From assembly GCA_964188305.1 (NCBI GenBank), contig OZ076892.1: a DNA stretch of 64,000 nucleotides; one strand, given 5' to 3'. Below are positions 24,233 to 36,400 of this stretch, one piece after another. Position numbers and translations under genes: made by a program. The DNA is from Podarcis bocagei (Eukaryota). The notes under the pieces were generated by a model, which worked only from the letters and a program-made list of their open reading frames with translations, did not search any database and was not told the origin of the DNA. Position 1 is the first letter of the stretch. Each line of letters opens with the position of its first letter.

Positions 24233-24393
24233 GCCTGGTAGCCGGAGAGAGAGGCGGGGAAGCGCCTCCTCCGCTACAGCAGCGCCAGTGCCTCCTTCCC
24301 GCCCACCTGCTCTTGCGCTCGGGAGCCGCTCGTCCCTTTCTCGCCTCCTTCCTTCCTTCCTTGAGGCCGGGGCAAGGCGGGACGACCGGCGCG

Positions 24394-24497
24394 ATGAACC
24401 CGGAGAAGGACTTCTCTCCGCTGACGCCGAGCATCGTGCGGGCCTTGAACGACAAACTCTACGAGAAGCGGAAGGTGGCGGCGCTGGAAATCGAGAA
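24394..24497 (+). CDS. VAC14: VAC14 exon 1 (coding part)
   Basis: ATG AAC CCG...GAG AA|gtgagc. Confidence 0.98.
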
Positions 24498-27400
24498 GTG
24501 AGCGAGGGGAACGGGCTGCCTTCCATTCACGCTCTTGGGCCGCTGAGGGGGCCCTTCTCGCACCGCACTGGCAGCAGCAGCCGCATTAGTAGTGCCCGGC
24601 AGGGTCTTTCCCCGCCCTGCCTTGAGGTGCCATTGGCGGGGCTTCAGCCTCTGAGCCAAAGCCCTTTCCTCAGCGCCCGCCTCCCCTTGCTGAAGGGCTG
24701 GCCCGTTGGCTGCTCCTGCTCATCCTGTCACCGAAGGGCCTCTTCTTTCTCTTGGAGCAGGCCTGAGCGGGGGCGGGAGTGCTGGTTTAGAGCGGGATCT
24801 ACAAACAGCAGCTCTGAGGAAGTTGCGTCTCTTCTCTCACTCCTGTATTTCTCCGCTCTCACCACATACCAGGCATAGAGATAAAGCCCTGAAATAGGTG
24901 ACACAGAGGCAGGCTGCTGTTCGTATGGTGGAGGGGCCTTATCCAGCCACAGAGAAGACCAAGCTTTTCTCCCTGCACGCACCTTGCAAAACTACTTGTC
25001 AGCTTGAGTGGGCAAAACTGGGCAAGGTGGACCAGTTTTCTGGCTCCATTTCATTTGTTCATAGATGATTCATTTGTGGGCATACAGGGTTGCTAATGGC
25101 CAGCTAAATTAAAAGAAATATATTTCTCATGTTAAACTGGAGCCAGACACGGACCTGGTGAAACAGGATACAGCCTTCTTGTTCTCCTGTTTTTAGGCTG
25201 GTGCGTGAATTTGTGGCTCAGAACAGCACAGCTCAGATCAAGCATGTGATTCAGATTCTTTCTCAGGAGTTTGCACTTTCCCAGCACCCACATAGTCGAA
25301 AAGGGGGGCTTATTGGCCTGGCAGCCTGCTCCATTGCTCTTGGGAAGGTAGGTGGTATTGCTGTTTCTTTGACCCCATAGGAGAACATGAGCCCTTGTCC
25401 TCTGTTAGAAGAGAGAGGCTGTCTGTTCTAACCTCACATTTGTTCCAGAGGAGGAAGACATTCTGTGATGGGTGACTTTGGAAATCTAAAAAATGGATTC
25501 CAAATTAGTTACAAAATTATTTATGACAATCTCCAAAAATAAGCTTTATGAATAATTAAGCTCATAGGCGCCGACTCCATGGGGCTTGAGGGGGCTCGAG
25601 CCCCCTCAAAAATTTTTTTGGGGGGGCTCAGCCCCCCCAATAATCTCGGGCGCCCTTCCAGCAGAGCGCCGGGGGCGGGGGCTCCTGCCTCGCTGCTTCG
25701 CAGCACCACCGCCACTGCCAAGGCACTGCCGGGGGGAATTTCCTTCCTCCTGGCGGTTTCAGCCCCCGCGAGAACAGGGGAATCCCGACTGGCCACACCT
25801 CCCAGCCAGCCAATCGGCTGGCTGGGGGGGCGTGGCTTGCCCTATTTAGGGCCGGAGCCACTTTATTTGCATATTCATGAGCTTATTTATTATTCATGAG
25901 CTTTCCCGGGCCCCCCCCCAATATTTTTTATAAGTCCGCGTCCCTGATTAAGCTCTAATGCTGATTTAGTGCAATGTTAAGAAATACCTTCTAGTAACAT
26001 CTTCATATGTAGGGAAGCATTTAGTCAAGCTGTGTGCTGCTTCCAGCTGCCTTTGACCAATTTCCTGCCATTTTCCCTGGCAAAATTTGGGCTTATTCAC
26101 ACATTATTTGGCTAATAAGGAACTCCAAGTTTTGAGCCACCTTTTGTTTATTTTGGCATTGTCGGAAGGGAACAGGTTCCCTTCCCTCCCATCAGCGGCC
26201 AGAAAAGGCAAGGGAGATGGGACTTCTTGTTAGCAGAGTGACAGCTCTTCCTACATTCCTGAAAAGAGGCTGAATTCTGGCCCATCTCCTCTCACTGTTT
26301 AAAATGGACTTTCTTGCCTTTGCTGCATAGTAAGGAGCTTTTGCTCTAGGTTTGGGGTGCCCATATTTTTTGGCTTTGAGGACACATTTGGAAACTTAAG
26401 AAACTGTTGTGGGACCAACAAATGTTCATTTCACAGAAGAATCCCCCCCCAGCTCCCAATCCACATCCCAAAGACCAACACCAACCCAAAACAGGCAAAA
26501 AACAAAACAAAACAGGAAACACCCCCCACAACAACTCGCTCCCATCTCATTTTTTAAAAATGGACAAGGGATGGAGACTTTAGCACCTGTGTGCCTGAGG
26601 AATCTATGTTGCCCACAAGCATGATGTTGGTGACTCCAGCTGTAGTCAGTGCCTGGGCATTCTGTTCTTAGCCAGGTTTGCTGGCCCTATTCTAAGCCCC
26701 CACCCCGGTGCACTTGCAAGAAAGCAGGGGCTCCACTCTGGTGTAGCCACTGCTTAAGTCCATGGCTCCGCGCCCCCCCTTATCCTTGTGTTTTGATTTG
26801 CAGGACTCTGGTCTGTACTTGAAGGAGCTCATTGAGCCTGTGCTGACATGCTTCAATGATGCTGACAGCCGCTTGCGGTACTACGCCTGTGAGGCCCTAT
26901 ACAACATCGTGAAGGTGGCCAGAGGCTCTGTCCTCCCCCACTTCAAAGTGCTGTTTGATGGCTTGAGCAAGGTAATGGGTTTTCTTGACAGGCCAAGAAT
27001 GTCTCACACATGTAAGGTCTCTGATGTCCTGTATATTCCTGCTCTGGGGCTCTTTGGAGGTGTGGGTGCTGATTCTGGACAACTGGGGCTGAGAGATGGC
27101 ACTGAGGATTTCCATAAGCATCCCCTAGAGGAAAATGTTCCTCCTACATTGATGCCTTCACTCCAGTTCATCCCCCTAATACTAACATGGCTGCAGAAGA
27201 GCTCTGGGAACCTGGCAGAGAGTCTGGTCCAGGGGTCCATGAATGTGCTTTCCAGATCGCTCATGGCAACCATAGCTCAGATGGTGGTGTGCACCTGTGG
27301 GTGGGGCTTGCCTCTGGCTTTGCACACTTTCTGGGCATTTCTGGAGCTCAGTTTATTGTCAGACAGGAGGTGGTGTCCCTGTCCGATTGCTGGGAGTCAA

Positions 27401-30400
27401 TAGCCAACAGAAAATAGTTGTCTCTTGGTCAAGTCACTACTAGTGTCTTATGCACATGGCTCAGCCACACCACATACTCTCTCTGTTTTTCCTAGCTTGC
27501 TGCAGATCCAGACCCAAATGTCAAAAGTGGATCTGAACTCCTGGACCGGCTTCTGAAGGTACAGTTCTTCCTGCTGACAGCAGCTCATGATGTGCCGGGG
27601 ATAGGTTACAGATGGAGGGATGCATATTTCCTGCATTAGTCTTGGGGTGTTGAATAAGGCAAAGAACCTAGGAATTTGCTTGGCTGATTTCAGGTATCAA
27701 ATTGTGGTATTTGTGATCTCATGTAGAATCCACTATCCTGGTTTTCAAGTTTTAAATATAGAAAGGTGCTAAAAAAGTGAGAATGTTCTTCTGGGTGTGA
27801 TACAAGTGATGAGTAATATGAAAGGTAATTTTGCAGAAAGTGGTGAGTTTGGGTGTTTGCCAGAGTCCCAGGCCAGGAGAGAGACCATGTTCTCAGCAGC
27901 CCTGCCATTCATGCTTTATATGAGGCACCTGAGAAGGCTGGAGACTGTGTTGGAACTAAGTAGCACTGGAATGTGGACCCAACTCCCACAGACAAACGCT
28001 TCTGTTAATTTTTCTAAGGGAATCAGAAATTTATGGGAGTTTGAAAGATGGGAAACTGAAACCAGGTTCATAAAGCAAACTGAGCATGCATAATGCACCT
28101 CTGGCTGGATGCTCTAGCTACTGGCACTGCATCCTAGATTGCTAAGAAACAAGCCATCTTGTTCTAGAGGCAAGGCAGATGCTGCTGACCAGCCTTCTTC
28201 TTTAGAGATCAGAGGTCACCTTCCTTGTTCCCACTGTCCTCTGAGATTGGTTGTTCCCTGAAGAGCAAGCAGAATTACACGAAAGCGAGCTTCCTCTTTC
28301 AGAAGAAACAGAGCATCTGAGTTCCCTAGGAAAGGGGAAGAAAATGCTATACAGTAAAACCTCTGAAGCAGCTTTGGCCTTTGCCTGGGCATCTGGCTGA
28401 GCCACCAGAGGACTTCTCAAGCACTCCAGAGAACAAAGAGCAGATATTTAAAATGGTGTGAGGCTTTGGTCATCTAGGACAAGGGAAACAAACAGGGTTT
28501 TAAAAAAATAAAAGATTGTGAAGATTTGGTTCTTCACAACCTCTATAGAAAACGGACAGGGTGTGATTGTTCTCTGAAAGAAGGCATAGAGTCCAAAAAA
28601 CTAGGAAATGAAAGAGGAACCAGCTCTTCCACAGAATCCCTGTTGGTCATAATACCAAACATGAAAACTAATTTAGCACGGAGGGCATTGCCCTCATGAC
28701 CAGAACTCTGAGGCTCAACTGGAAGTGGAGAAAAGTGGGGGGAGAGTGTTGTAATGAGCATGATTTCAACCACATTCACATCAACAGAGTAAAAACATAT
28801 TTGGAACACAGTAAATTACCTGAAGTTCTAGGTTTACGAAGCCGCTGTGTGGAGAGAATCAGAACCTACAGGGTTAAGAGGTTCTGTGTGACGTCTTACA
28901 TTCTGAGGCGTGGTTGAGTATACTGAGGGGAGTGTTTCCTGAGTTCAGTTCTGGTTTCGCTTTTGCGGAGAGAGGACGCAAGATGTGTGCGTTGTCGCCG
29001 GGAAAGATTTAAGAGCTGTGTTTCTACACGAATAAAGACTTTTAGAAGATAAGGAAGACACCGTGCGTGCAGCCTGATTTATTTTACACACACGCACAGC
29101 AACAGTTTCACGCTGCGTGCACTCTGCTCCCTGCCTGGGTCAGCGTCAAGCTTCCAGCAGAGCTGCGCAAGGGAAGCGCTGGCTGGACGGCAGGGCAATT
29201 TGCCAAGACGCTGTGCCTTAGAAGGTTTCTGGTCATGGAGCCTCCGAGAGTGCAGCAACCAGGAACTTAATGCTGGTTTTAATAATTAACCCCCAGGACC
29301 TGTGCCCCTGATACAAGTGTTGTTGACTGATCAAGAACACAACGTTACCAAGTGTGTTTGTGTGCATATGGATTCCTCTTTTGAAACCAGATGGGACTAT
29401 GTTTAATTTAGTTGGCGATGTTTCACTTTTGTATACATATGGTGGCTGGAGATTTGCCAACTAAGTTAACTGTAGTTGCATTTGGTTTCAAAAATGGATT
29501 TTTTTCAATAAGAAGGAAATTAGTTCAAAAGGAAAATTAAGGACATTAAATCTCTGCAGAATGCTTGGATATGGGGGGTGTTCAGGGATCATCCTCTTAC
29601 AAATGCTGAGGTCATACATTCACACTGGAATATAAAGGCAAGTGTTGGCTATCATGGTGTGTTCAGCAAGCATATGAAGCAGATTGTAGGACAGCATCAG
29701 CCAGAACCTACATCTCTGTTAGGAAAAGACTGGATAGCAGCCCTTAAAGCACCACAATGTTGTCCGGAACATCTGGAAGACTCCTGGCTGGTGAAGGCTG
29801 AGCTTATGCATGGCTGGAAGGCTCTCTTTCCTTTCTAGAGTGGTAGAGGTCCTGGACTTTATGTAGGGTTCAAGCAGTGATGGGAAGGGAGTCAAGGCTC
29901 ATTCTCATGCTATTGGCTCTGACTTTCTAGGACATTGTGACCGAGAGCAACAACTTTGATCTGGTGAGCTTCATTCCACTGCTGCGTGAGAGAATCTATT
30001 CCAACAACCAGTATGCTCGACAGTTTATCATTTCCTGGGTAAGTGTTTTTGGTCTGATGCTGGGATTTGTTTCTCTGGCATTTCAAGTGAGCAGTGTGTT
30101 TTATAACTGTCAGCTCAATGTTTTCTGATACTTTGGAATGGATGGTGGTATAAACAGCATCATGGGGGTGCTTATTACCTGCTTGGGAAGCAGCTGGAGC
30201 TGCTGTGTATATTGTTGCTCTTGATGGTTCTTTTAGAAACTGCTGGTAACAGGTGATGCATAGTTCCTTTGTGGAAAGGCCTTTCTTGTTTCTCCTTGGC
30301 ATTGTTTGCAGTTTGTCACCAGTAGCTGCTGACTTCCTGATACCTTCTTTCCAAGCCCTGTTGGAGGTTTAGCAGAAGGGAGTCCCTTGCTCTGACCACC

Positions 30401-33400
30401 TGTGTGCCCTGGCTGCATGAAAAGGGCCTTTGAGAGACTTTCTACAGGTGTGGAATTCCTTACCAGTGAAGACTTGCTGGTGCTGAAGGCACCAGCTCTC
30501 TTCTATGTGAGGTGCCTCTTAGTGGCCTAAAATGACCTTTCAGAGTGGGAAAGGCTGATTTCCACCTTGTCAGTCTCAAATACTTTGGGGAGCATATTTT
30601 AACCTTGAGCTGGCTAAAAATTTAAATGATTAGTGAGGCAAATCTTCCATGTATCTCAAAGACTTTTTGGGTCTTGTTTCTTTTGAGTGAATGTACATAA
30701 CGGGGAGATCTGCTATTAAACAAATGAAGCTTAAGCTGCAGTGCCCTTAATCCTGGAGGGGCCACAAAAGTGAATTTAGTCCACACTGCTTAAAATGTTT
30801 AGTTCTAGCAGTAAGGTAAGGTAAAGGGCCACTGGACAGTTAAGTCCAGTCAAAAGCGACTATGGGGTGCAGCACTCATCTCACTTTTCAGGCCAAGGGA
30901 GCCAGCATTTGTCCACAGACAGCTTACTGGGTCATGTGGCCAGCATGACTAAACCGCTTCTGGCACAACAGAATACTGTGATGAAAGCCAGAGCTCATAG
31001 AAATGCCATTTACCTTCCCACCGCAGCGGTACCTATTTATCTGCTTGCACTGATGTGCTTCAAACTGCTAGGTTGGCAGAAGCTGGGACAAAGCAACAGG
31101 AGCTCACCCTGTTGCGCTGATTCAAACCACCGACCACAGCACCACCCGCATCCCTAGCTCCTAGTAGACCCAATTTGAGTTGAGCTTTATTGTATATATT
31201 TCAACAATCCCGAGAGTCAGTAGCACAGATGTGAATGTGTGGGGATCTGTCATGGGAACAACCCCATTGAAGAAGATAACAGTGGCTACCTAGACCTTGT
31301 TTCTGGTTGCAAGGAGCTCCCATGACAGTTCAATCTTCAGGGCCCCCAAAATGTAGGTCTGCCACTGGCACATAATCTAATTTTCCAGAACACCCCATCT
31401 CCTTTAGAAACTCACTTGCTAAAGGCCAGGCTGGGCTGGCTGAAGGTTGCCCCTGAAATGATGTTACCCCCACTCTCTGTCCCCTTCCTCCTCTCCCATT
31501 ATGCAAGCTGCTCTAGGACCCAAAAAGCACCACTTGACATCTTGTGGCAAATCCGGTCTAGGTCTAAAGAGACACATGCTACTTCTTGCCACTGCGCTTC
31601 TGTATCACCTTCCTTTTGTTTGTCTTTTCCCCTTGAGTTAGATCTTGGTTCTGGAGTCAGTTCCAGATATCAACCTTCTGGATTACCTGCCAGAGATTCT
31701 AGATGGCCTCTTCCAGATCCTGGGTGATAACAGCAAGGAGATACGTAAAATGTGAGTGCTGAGCTGGATCTGGGGATAACTGCTTGGCTGTTGATACGCA
31801 GGCTTTGCCCCCCTGTTTCCAGGGCAGTGCTCCATAAGTTGCATCACCATTTCCTTCAGCTTCAACCCAGTTGACACTCTTAAACAGGAAGCAGCAGCTT
31901 TGGGTGTGAAAAGGGGGCTGTTGCCTTGTGTGTCCTGCTCAAGAGCTTCCCACAGGGACATCTTCTCGGCCACTTGAAGAATAGGATGCTGGGTGAGATG
32001 GGCCCATCTTGGTGTGATCCAACTTCAGGGCTCTATGTTCAAGTGTCTTGGTAGAAACCAAAGTTTCTAGGATGGAACCTGTGCTGGATGCCCAGCAAGC
32101 AGACTCTGTCTGTGTGTCCTCTGTCTGTGTGAGGAGAATGAGTGAACAGAAAGGGGCCTCTGCTTCCCTTTCCACCCTTTCATGTTATTTCCCCTATAGC
32201 AGAAGACCTATCTCTGAACCCCCTGCTTCCCCCCCCCCTTGCACACAGGTGTGAAGTAGCCCTTGGTGAATTTCTGAAAGAGATCAAGAAGAACCCTTCC
32301 AGTGTCAAGTTTGCTGAGATGGCCAACATCTTGGTGATTCACTGCCAGGCTTCTGGTAAGTTATTTGTATTTCCAGCCCACCCTTCACCGTATAATCCTC
32401 ATGTGTGTTCCAGAACCATCACAACTGAAACAAGTATTATTAAAATGAAACCACAAGACAAAGCATAGGAGCAGAACAGAAGCAGCACTGTTCAGCAGTG
32501 ATGGAGGGAAGAGGAGGGAAGGCTTCCTGGGGAAAGAGAGGCACCTCACCCACCCCTTTCCAGGCATCCTGCTAAACCACCTTTTTGTTTCCTGATCACT
32601 TTGACTGCAGATGACCTAATCCAGTTGACTGCCATGTGCTGGATGCGCGAATTCATCCAGCTGGCTGGCCGGGTGATGCTGCCATATTCCTCAGGGATCC
32701 TGACAGCTGTCCTGCCGTGCCTGTCCTATGACGACCGGAAGAAGAGTATCCTTGCAGCAGAGGCTGTTGCCTCCCTCCTCCTCCTCCTCCTCCTCCTCCT
32801 CCTCCTCCTCCCATCCCTTCCTTCACAAATGTCCGTCAGCATCTGGCAGAAAGGAGGGAGGAGGGTCAGGCTAAGTCAACAGCCCTGGTTTATGCCATTG
32901 GAGGATTTTGCTGCTGCTGCTTCCTTGTGAGCCTGTGGATCATGAAAAGGACTGGGGGCAGCCCTATAAGCAGCTCTGCTTTCTGTGCTTTCCTTGACAT
33001 CAGAGCAGCCCCACAATTGCTTTTCCTGGGGTGCTTAAGCAAAGGACTGGCTTCAGTAGGAGAGCCATTTTCATGCGGACACCTCTTTTGTGGGTATCTT
33101 TACTGAAAGATCCAGCATCGCTTGGGCTGGGCCATGAGAAGGAATCAAGCATACTTCAGTATTCCTTTTGGCCCATGAGTTGAGAATCTTTCCTATTTTT
33201 TCTGATAGAGGGCTTGTGCTGTATTGTTCTCTAAACATTTGCCAAATCTGATATCTGATGCAACCTTTGCCAGCCTAAAAATTAAAAGGTCTTGTCTTGA
33301 AAACCAATCAGCCTGAAACCAGTTTTCTAGCACTTAAAGGCTATGGAACTCACTCCGACAAGAAATAGTGATAGCCACCAACTTGGATGGCTTTAAAAGA

Positions 33401-36400
33401 AGACCAGACAAATTCATGGAGTAGGCTCTCAGTGCCTACAAGCCACGGTGGCAATGTTCTTCCTCCACTGCCAGGGCCAGTGTGCCTGTGAATACAAGCT
33501 GCTAGGAATCTCAAGTAGGGAAAGATGCTCTTGTGCTCAGGTTCTGCTTGTGGGGTTCCCAGTGAGGCATCTTATTGGCCCCTTTTGGCTTGGTCCAGCA
33601 CCCCCTCCCCCTCCCCCTCCCCTGTCTGTGGCTCTAGTGCCTATGGGCCCCTGTGAAAGATCTTGAGGCTAGACTCTTGCCATAGGGCCTGTTCTGTATG
33701 AGCCTACTACAATGGTGATTGGGAACATGACTTGGGAATGAATGTTCCTTACATCCCTGGGGTGCAGGCATCAAAGAGGTGGCCAATGTGTGCAACCAGA
33801 GCCTCATGAAGCTGGTTATTCCGGAAGATGATGAGGTTGATGAGACCAAGCAGCCCACAACAGCCCCCCAGATAATGGAGGGTGATCAGGATGAATCTCT
33901 GTCCAAGCAGGAGGTGACCTCCGGCAGTAAGTCCTTCCCCCCCCCCCCAAAAAGCAAACTGTCTTTCTGTCTGGCTTTTTGTGCATGTACGTATCCCTGC
34001 TCTCATGACCTGGACTTTGGTATATTGCAATATGTTTTCTGTTGGGCTGGAGAGAAGGGGTTACCTGAGAAAAGCACAAGGCTAGGGGAGCGGCATGATA
34101 ATGTGCTAAACAAGTGGAGATAGGACAGTACTAGTTTCTCACCATGGAAAGACTGGGAAAAGGTGAGCCAATCAAGACATTGTGTTCCAAGGCTACCCAA
34201 TCACTCCATAGTGGGAAAATTGTATCTCCAGTCACTTAGCCTGTCTTATATTGGCTGGGTTTTAAAAGGTGGTGTTCTCAAGTAGTTCTGTGTGTAAGAA
34301 AAGGGTGGAGGATGGGGTCCTCGAGAGAGAAGCAAACAACAACTGTTGATCAGGTTCCCGGTGAGGGGAGGCTCAGTTGGAAATGAAGCCAGGTCTTCAA
34401 CAGAGGCATTTTGGCAGTTGCTCAGAGTGTCAGCTGCACCATGGACCTCAGCAATGAGGCTGCTTGGTTTTCATCATCCCGAATGTTATCTACAGACCTG
34501 ACTACCTCACTGTCTTGATGTTTTCAGAACATTCTTACCTGGGGCCACATCACTATTTTGTTTGGGGAGCAGTCCTTGCAAGTGCCAGCCCTTTGTGTTC
34601 CTCTGACAGTGTTGTGGCGTGTTCAAGCTAACTGACACCTGTCTCCCTGCAGGCTGCCTGGATGCCTCCGGCGATTCCAATTTCAGCAACACCAGTGTCT
34701 TTATACCAGCCAGGTAAAAAACAACTGCCTCTTGTTAATGAAACTGGGGGATCCTCTGTAGCATTTTACAGATGGGGAGATTCTGCTGTGCATTCCTATG
34801 CTTGGATCTTGCACTGGACTGGATAGTGCCATTGAGTTGCTGCAAACCATGGTTTACAGAGGGCTTTGGTGGCAGAGGATGCTGCTTAGAAGGAATTCAG
34901 AGCAGCTGGTGAACTATGAGGCACCTCTCAATGATGTGAGGTTCTTTCCTGCTAGTAACTGGGGGGGGGGGCATTCAGATGAAGCGAGCATATTTCTGCA
35001 TGCATTCCCCCCACAATGAGCTGATGTGGGTCAAAGCACACCTGTGCTTGGGATAGTAAACCTCTTTCTTCTAACCCACAAACTGTAGCTTACAAACCCA
35101 AACGCTGTTTAGACTTGAATTCTGTAAATAGCTATGAAACTTGCTTTTGGCTGTCTCTAGGGGCAGCATTTGAGTTTGTGCAAAACATCTGATTTCAAAT
35201 GGCAGCAGAAGCTGGTGAGTGGCAGGTGTTCTGCCTTTGGGCACTCAGCAGTTTTGCAGGATCCCTTCCGGGCATTTGGGATGGGCATTGTCCAGTGGGC
35301 AGAAAGAGCAAAGCAGCTGAATCCCGTGGGATAAAAACTTTGCTGAAGCAGAGAAGGTGATAATTGAGTGGCATTTGCCCAGACAGTTAGCTTGCCTTCA
35401 CTCCATAAAATGAACAGGCCATGACAGTCTGTTTGTGTATTTAAAGGAAGCATGGAACCTGAGTGTGGCCCTCTCAGCAGCCTTGGGTTTCTTGTATACC
35501 TGGAAGCTTGCATATCTGTAAGGTTGCTGGGGCTGATGGGAGTTGTTGTCCAAAACACATGGAGGGCACCAGGTTGGCAAAGGCTGTGCTGCAGCATGCA
35601 TAATTCTGCAGCTCCTCAAGTCTCCCTTCTCCTCCCCATGTCATCTTAGTTTTGCAGTTTGCCTTGCAGGGAAAGTTCTCAACCCAACCTCCCCCCACCA
35701 CATACTTTTAGTCACTCCTTTTTCAGCTCTCAGGTGCCCTTTTTTAGATGAGGCAACAACCAGAACTGTATGTATTCATTTTTAAAGAAATGTTATGTTA
35801 TGTTACAATAAAACAGTCTAGACCAGGAGATGGCAGAGCAGCACAAAGGCCAAGCCTTGGGAATGGAACTCATGGTTGGAATGCCTGGGAGAGTAAAACT
35901 TTTCTTTGCTCGGTGCTGACAGGATATTGAGCGTAGGTGCCAGGGCAAGGCATTGCCACTGTGACGGGCCTTTCTCCTGGTGATTACTTGCTGCTTTGGG
36001 GGAATGGGGGCACTCACAATTCCTCCCTGAGGGTGACCTTGGGGCACAAGTAGGCTTTTGTGGGGAAAGTGATCCATACACAACGTTCTGTTGGTGCATT
36101 GTATTCCACGTACAGGTTTATAGGAAGTAATTATGGATTTGACTTTTAACAATAACAGCACCCCAAAACTTTTAACTGCAATAGTAACAAATGGTAGTTG
36201 ATCAATATGCTGAGAGGAAGGAAAAATTCTTGGAGAAGGAGCACATCCAAAAGTGGATGTGGTGATTTGGAGGCAAGCAGTCAACACAGTTAGCTGTGGA
36301 CTCACAGATAAGGGGCTGCATAAGAGGTGGAGAAAGAGAAGTGCCTTAGAGCACTGGAGGCCTGATGCTGGATCTAACCACCCAGGCCACCTCTTTCCCA

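Larger units (their letters stand above)
23950..24800. promoter_or_regulatory. CpG island / VAC14 promoter and first exon
   Basis: Abrupt rise in GC content and CpG density around the VAC14 ATG; edges approximate. Confidence 0.9.
32746..33767 (+). other. U12-type (minor spliceosome) GT-AG intron, VAC14 intron 8
   Basis: Donor GTATCCTTG; branch-like TTCCTTAC at 33745-33752 close to the AG; no polypyrimidine tract; the join restores ...DDRKKSIKEVANV. Confidence 0.9.

Noticed and set aside
24054-24878. Several long overlapping ORFs at the VAC14 5' end
   Set aside because: Stop-codon depletion in a CpG island; only the MNPEKDF frame is recognisable.
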